Shown here: positions 61,444-64,000 of the stretch, in pieces
Numbering within the stretch: position 1 is the first letter of the stretch
How the letters are laid out: each line of letters opens with the position of its first letter
Translations under genes and position numbers: made by a program
Assembly (NCBI GenBank): GCA_965214875.1
Contig: OZ243980.1
Span: 1,231,572 to 1,295,571 of the forward strand
Direction of reading: 5' to 3'
DNA from: Arenicellales bacterium
GTDB lineage: Bacteria > Pseudomonadota > Gammaproteobacteria > Arenicellales > JAJDZL01
DNA: 64,000 nt
Notes under the pieces: model-generated
What the model was told of the DNA's origin: nothing
What the model saw: only the letters and a program-made list of their open reading frames with translations
The model's database searches: none

Positions 61444-62720
61444 TTGTTTCGCGAGTCAGTTTGCATGTCGCTCGATTGCGACGCGCGCAGGTAGCCATCG
61501 CGCGTTTGCGGTGTCTTTATTCCAAGCAGATTGCTCCCAATCTGCGTTTTGAGTATCTGTGCCGTGCCGCCGCCGATGGTGAACATTCGAACATCTCGGT
61601 ACATGCGCTCAAGCGGCTCTTGATCGCCATATCCGCGTGCGCCGAACATCTGCAAGGAGTCGCTGACCACTTTTATGGCAGCTTCTGAGGCAAACATTTT
61701 TGCGCGAGCGGCCATCGACGGGTCGGGAAATCGGCTGCCGCCTGGCCCCCGGGATTGCGCCGCCTCATAGAGCAGCAGTCGGGATGCATGCACATTGGCA
61801 TCCATATCGGCAAGCATCCATTGCAAGCCTTGGAATTCCGCAAGCGGCCGGCCGAACTGATGGCGCTTGACCAAATGCTTCTTAGCCAGTTCCAATGCGC
61901 CCGCGGCCACACCCATAGCAATTGTCCCGGCTCCAACTCGCTGGCTATTGTAGGCGTTCATCAAGTCGGCGAATCCTCGTTTCAAGCCAGAGGGCGTGAC
62001 CAGCAACGAATCACGTTCCACTTCGAGCTGCTCAAAGTGCAATTCCGCTTCCGGCATGCCGCATAAGCCCATGGTATGCTCTAGTCGCGCCACTTTGAAT
62101 CCGGCTGGTTTGATATTGTTGACCGGGTCGCACAGCACGATGAACCCGCCGATTCCGAGATCTTCTCCGCTTTCGCTGACCACTTTGGCAAATATCAAGT
62201 GAATCTTCGAGATGCCGCCTCCGGTAATCCAGTGCTTGATGCCATTGATGATGTACTTGTTGCCGCATCGGGTTGCAGTTGTACGCATTTGCGAGGCGGC
62301 GCTGCCGGCTTCCGGTTCGGTGATGCAGATCGCGGGCTTGTCGCCAGCTAGCACATAGGGTGCGCAAAGTCTCTTTTGCGCCTCGGTTCCGTAGGCCATG
62401 ATCGCGCTGATCGCGCCCATGTTGGACTCGACTAAAATGCGCGCACTCAGTGTGCAGGCTTGCGCAATTTGCTCGACCGCGAGCACTGTTTCATAAAATG
62501 ATGCCGACTGTCCGCCGTACTCTTTGGGAATGGTCATGCCCATCAGCTTGGCATCGGTCAAATCAGTCACATTCTCCCAGCAGTAGGTGCGGGCGCGGTC
62601 CCATTTTGCCGCTTTCGAAGCGAATTGTTCCGCAAGCTCTCGTGCAACGCTTCTGAAGCGCTCAGCCTTGCAGGCTTGCCCCATTTCCTTGCCTATCCTT
62701 GTCGTGCCAAGAGCGTTCAA
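61440..62720 (-). CDS. Acyl-CoA dehydrogenase family protein
   Basis: ICITEPEAGSAASQM, GIKHWITGG, RQFGRPLAEFQGLQWMLADM, ERMYRDVRMFTIGGGTAQI. Confidence 0.9.
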   Translation of the reverse strand: MNALGTTRIGKEMGQACKAERFRSVARELAEQFASKAAKWDRARTYCWENVTDLTDAKLMGMTIPKEYGGQSASFYETVLAVEQIAQACTLSARILVESNMGAISAIMAYGTEAQKRLCAPYVLAGDKPAICITEPEAGSAASQMRTTATRCGNKYIINGIKHWITGGGISKIHLIFAKVVSESGEDLGIGGFIVLCDPVNNIKPAGFKVARLEHTMGLCGMPEAELHFEQLEVERDSLLVTPSGLKRGFADLMNAYNSQRVGAGTIAMGVAAGALELAKKHLVKRHQFGRPLAEFQGLQWMLADMDANVHASRLLLYEAAQSRGPGGSRFPDPSMAARAKMFASEAAIKVVSDSLQMFGARGYGDQEPLERMYRDVRMFTIGGGTAQILKTQIGSNLLGIKTPQTRDGYLRASQSSDMQTDSRNK

Positions 62721-63697
62721 ATGTCGCCCTGCTTTTCGGTTTGCTCATTGCGCTGATTAAATACTGTATCCACAATCACAACCACCAGCAGGATCAAAGC
62801 TTTGATTAGTGCTTGATGCGTATCTTCAAGATCGAGTATTGTCATTGCATTAACCAGAATGCCTATGAGAAGGGCCCCGAATACGACATTGCGAATTCCG
62901 CCTTTGCCGCCGCTTAATCCGATGCCGCCGATGACGACAATGAGAATGACATCATAGAGCAGGGTCGAGTTCACGATCCTGGTGTTGATGCTGAGCAAGG
63001 TGCCTGCCACGATCGCGCCCGCGGCAGCGGCAAAAAACGCCGAAAGGACGTATTGCAAAACCAGCATTGGGCGAACCGGGATGCCGACGTTCCTGGCCGC
63101 CTCAAAATTGTCGCCCATGTAGTAGGTGTATCGACCGTATTTCGTGCGGCGCAAGAACAATGAAGCAACGATGCATACGGCGATGAATACGTAAACTTCA
63201 ATCGGGATGCCGAGCGGCTTGATCGTTCCAAGGTCGAATATCGGGATGAATTCGTCCGGTATGTAGGCGACATCCTGAGACATCAGTTGCGAGCGCCCGA
63301 AGCCGTATACGAACAGTCCCATGGCGAGCGTTGCGAAAATTGGAGGGATTTCACCGTATGCCACCATCACGCCGTTTGCAATGCCGATCAGCAGCACGAA
63401 CCCGACGGCCAGCAGCAAGCACAAGAAAATGGGGATATCGGTGTGCAGCAATTCGATAAAGAATGCCGCAGATATCGCGAGAATTGAAACGACCGACAAG
63501 TCGATCCCTCGGCCAATGATCACAATCGCCATGCCGACTCCAAGAATCCCTAGTATCGAGATATTGCGCACCAGTCCGATCAGATTGGAGGCGGAAAAAA
63601 ATCCGGCAAGGAAAATGGAGAACAAAACGAAAAGCGCGACGGCTACTGTTGCAACCACTTTTTCTTGAGTAAATTCGGCGGCGAAGAACCTATTCAT
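62717..63697 (-). CDS. ABC transporter permease (BPD_transp_2/RbsC-like), second permease of the CUT2 system
   Basis: GIDLSVVSILAISA, GGIGLSGGKGGI. About 10 TM helices. 326 aa. Confidence 0.9.
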   Translation of the reverse strand: MNRFFAAEFTQEKVVATVAVALFVLFSIFLAGFFSASNLIGLVRNISILGILGVGMAIVIIGRGIDLSVVSILAISAAFFIELLHTDIPIFLCLLLAVGFVLLIGIANGVMVAYGEIPPIFATLAMGLFVYGFGRSQLMSQDVAYIPDEFIPIFDLGTIKPLGIPIEVYVFIAVCIVASLFLRRTKYGRYTYYMGDNFEAARNVGIPVRPMLVLQYVLSAFFAAAAGAIVAGTLLSINTRIVNSTLLYDVILIVVIGGIGLSGGKGGIRNVVFGALLIGILVNAMTILDLEDTHQALIKALILLVVVIVDTVFNQRNEQTEKQGDI

Positions 63698-64000
63698 GTC
63701 CAGATGTCATAAGGCTGTTTGGTGTGGCAAGAATTCGCGTTTTGGATAGGCCGCTGCTTACGTGGAGACCAATTAGGCGCAGAAAGCAAGGTGGCCGCAG
63801 GTGCAATCTTGGCCAAGAGGCTTGTTTCTGAATCGATATCACTGGCACGAATTCAATGGGTCAAAAGCTGCAATTCTTGCCATACTATATTCAATTTGCC
63901 GTATGAAAGAAATGCTTGTAACAAGGTGATTTGGGCAATTGCCGGAGCCTTATGCGGCCAGCAGCGACTCTGCTTTGGCGGTTGCGCGTTGCGAATGGGC

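Noticed and set aside
63950-64000. Possible 3' end of a minus-strand gene at the window edge (...AHSQRATAKAESLLAA*)
   Set aside because: Only about 16 codons are visible and no motif is present, so a feature is unsupportable.

Overview
Backbone: a chromosome segment of roughly half G+C (judged by eye, not computed) with classic gammaproteobacterial housekeeping synteny. The conserved blocks are rseP-bamA-skp-lpxD-fabZ-lpxA-lpxB-rnhB-dnaE-accA-tilS, pyrG-kdsA-eno-ftsB, ygfZ next to sdhCDAB-sdhE, maeA, nadB divergent from rpoE-rseA-rseB, and lepB-rnc-era-recO, followed by yggX. At least three much more G+C-rich islands interrupt this backbone. Island 1 (~13.4-16.1 kb, tilS|pyrG) is a mosaic of IS1380-like, IS481-like and IS5-like remnants plus a frameshifted PD-(D/E)XK gene. 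Island 2 (27,087-28,652, maeA|nadB) is a single AAA-ATPase/PD-(D/E)XK ORF whose G+C shift coincides with its start and stop codons. Island 3 (33,488-40,870, rseB|lepB) holds nested and adjacent IS elements, most with disrupted transposases. One of these is an IS4-like element with a DUF4338 (DruA-like)::DDE transposase and an intact 8-bp target duplication. Island 3 sits where rseC-lepA would be expected. The right third (44.8-63.7 kb) is accessory. It carries nnrS, a secreted protein with a C9 tract in its signal-peptide codons, a glutamine-synthetase-like ligase, IS5/IS256 debris and an AlbA_2/HATPase gene. It also carries a minus-strand cluster that combines a CUT2-type ABC importer with a LysR regulator and a tightly overlapping permease-ACAD-ThDP enzyme-aminotransferase operon. 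One permease of that importer is fused to a strictosidine-synthase-like beta-propeller, and a second free propeller gene follows it. I found no rRNA, tRNA or CRISPR array by eye. I see no complete known defence system. The most novel-looking items are the transporter-enzyme fusion cluster and the DUF4338-transposase IS.
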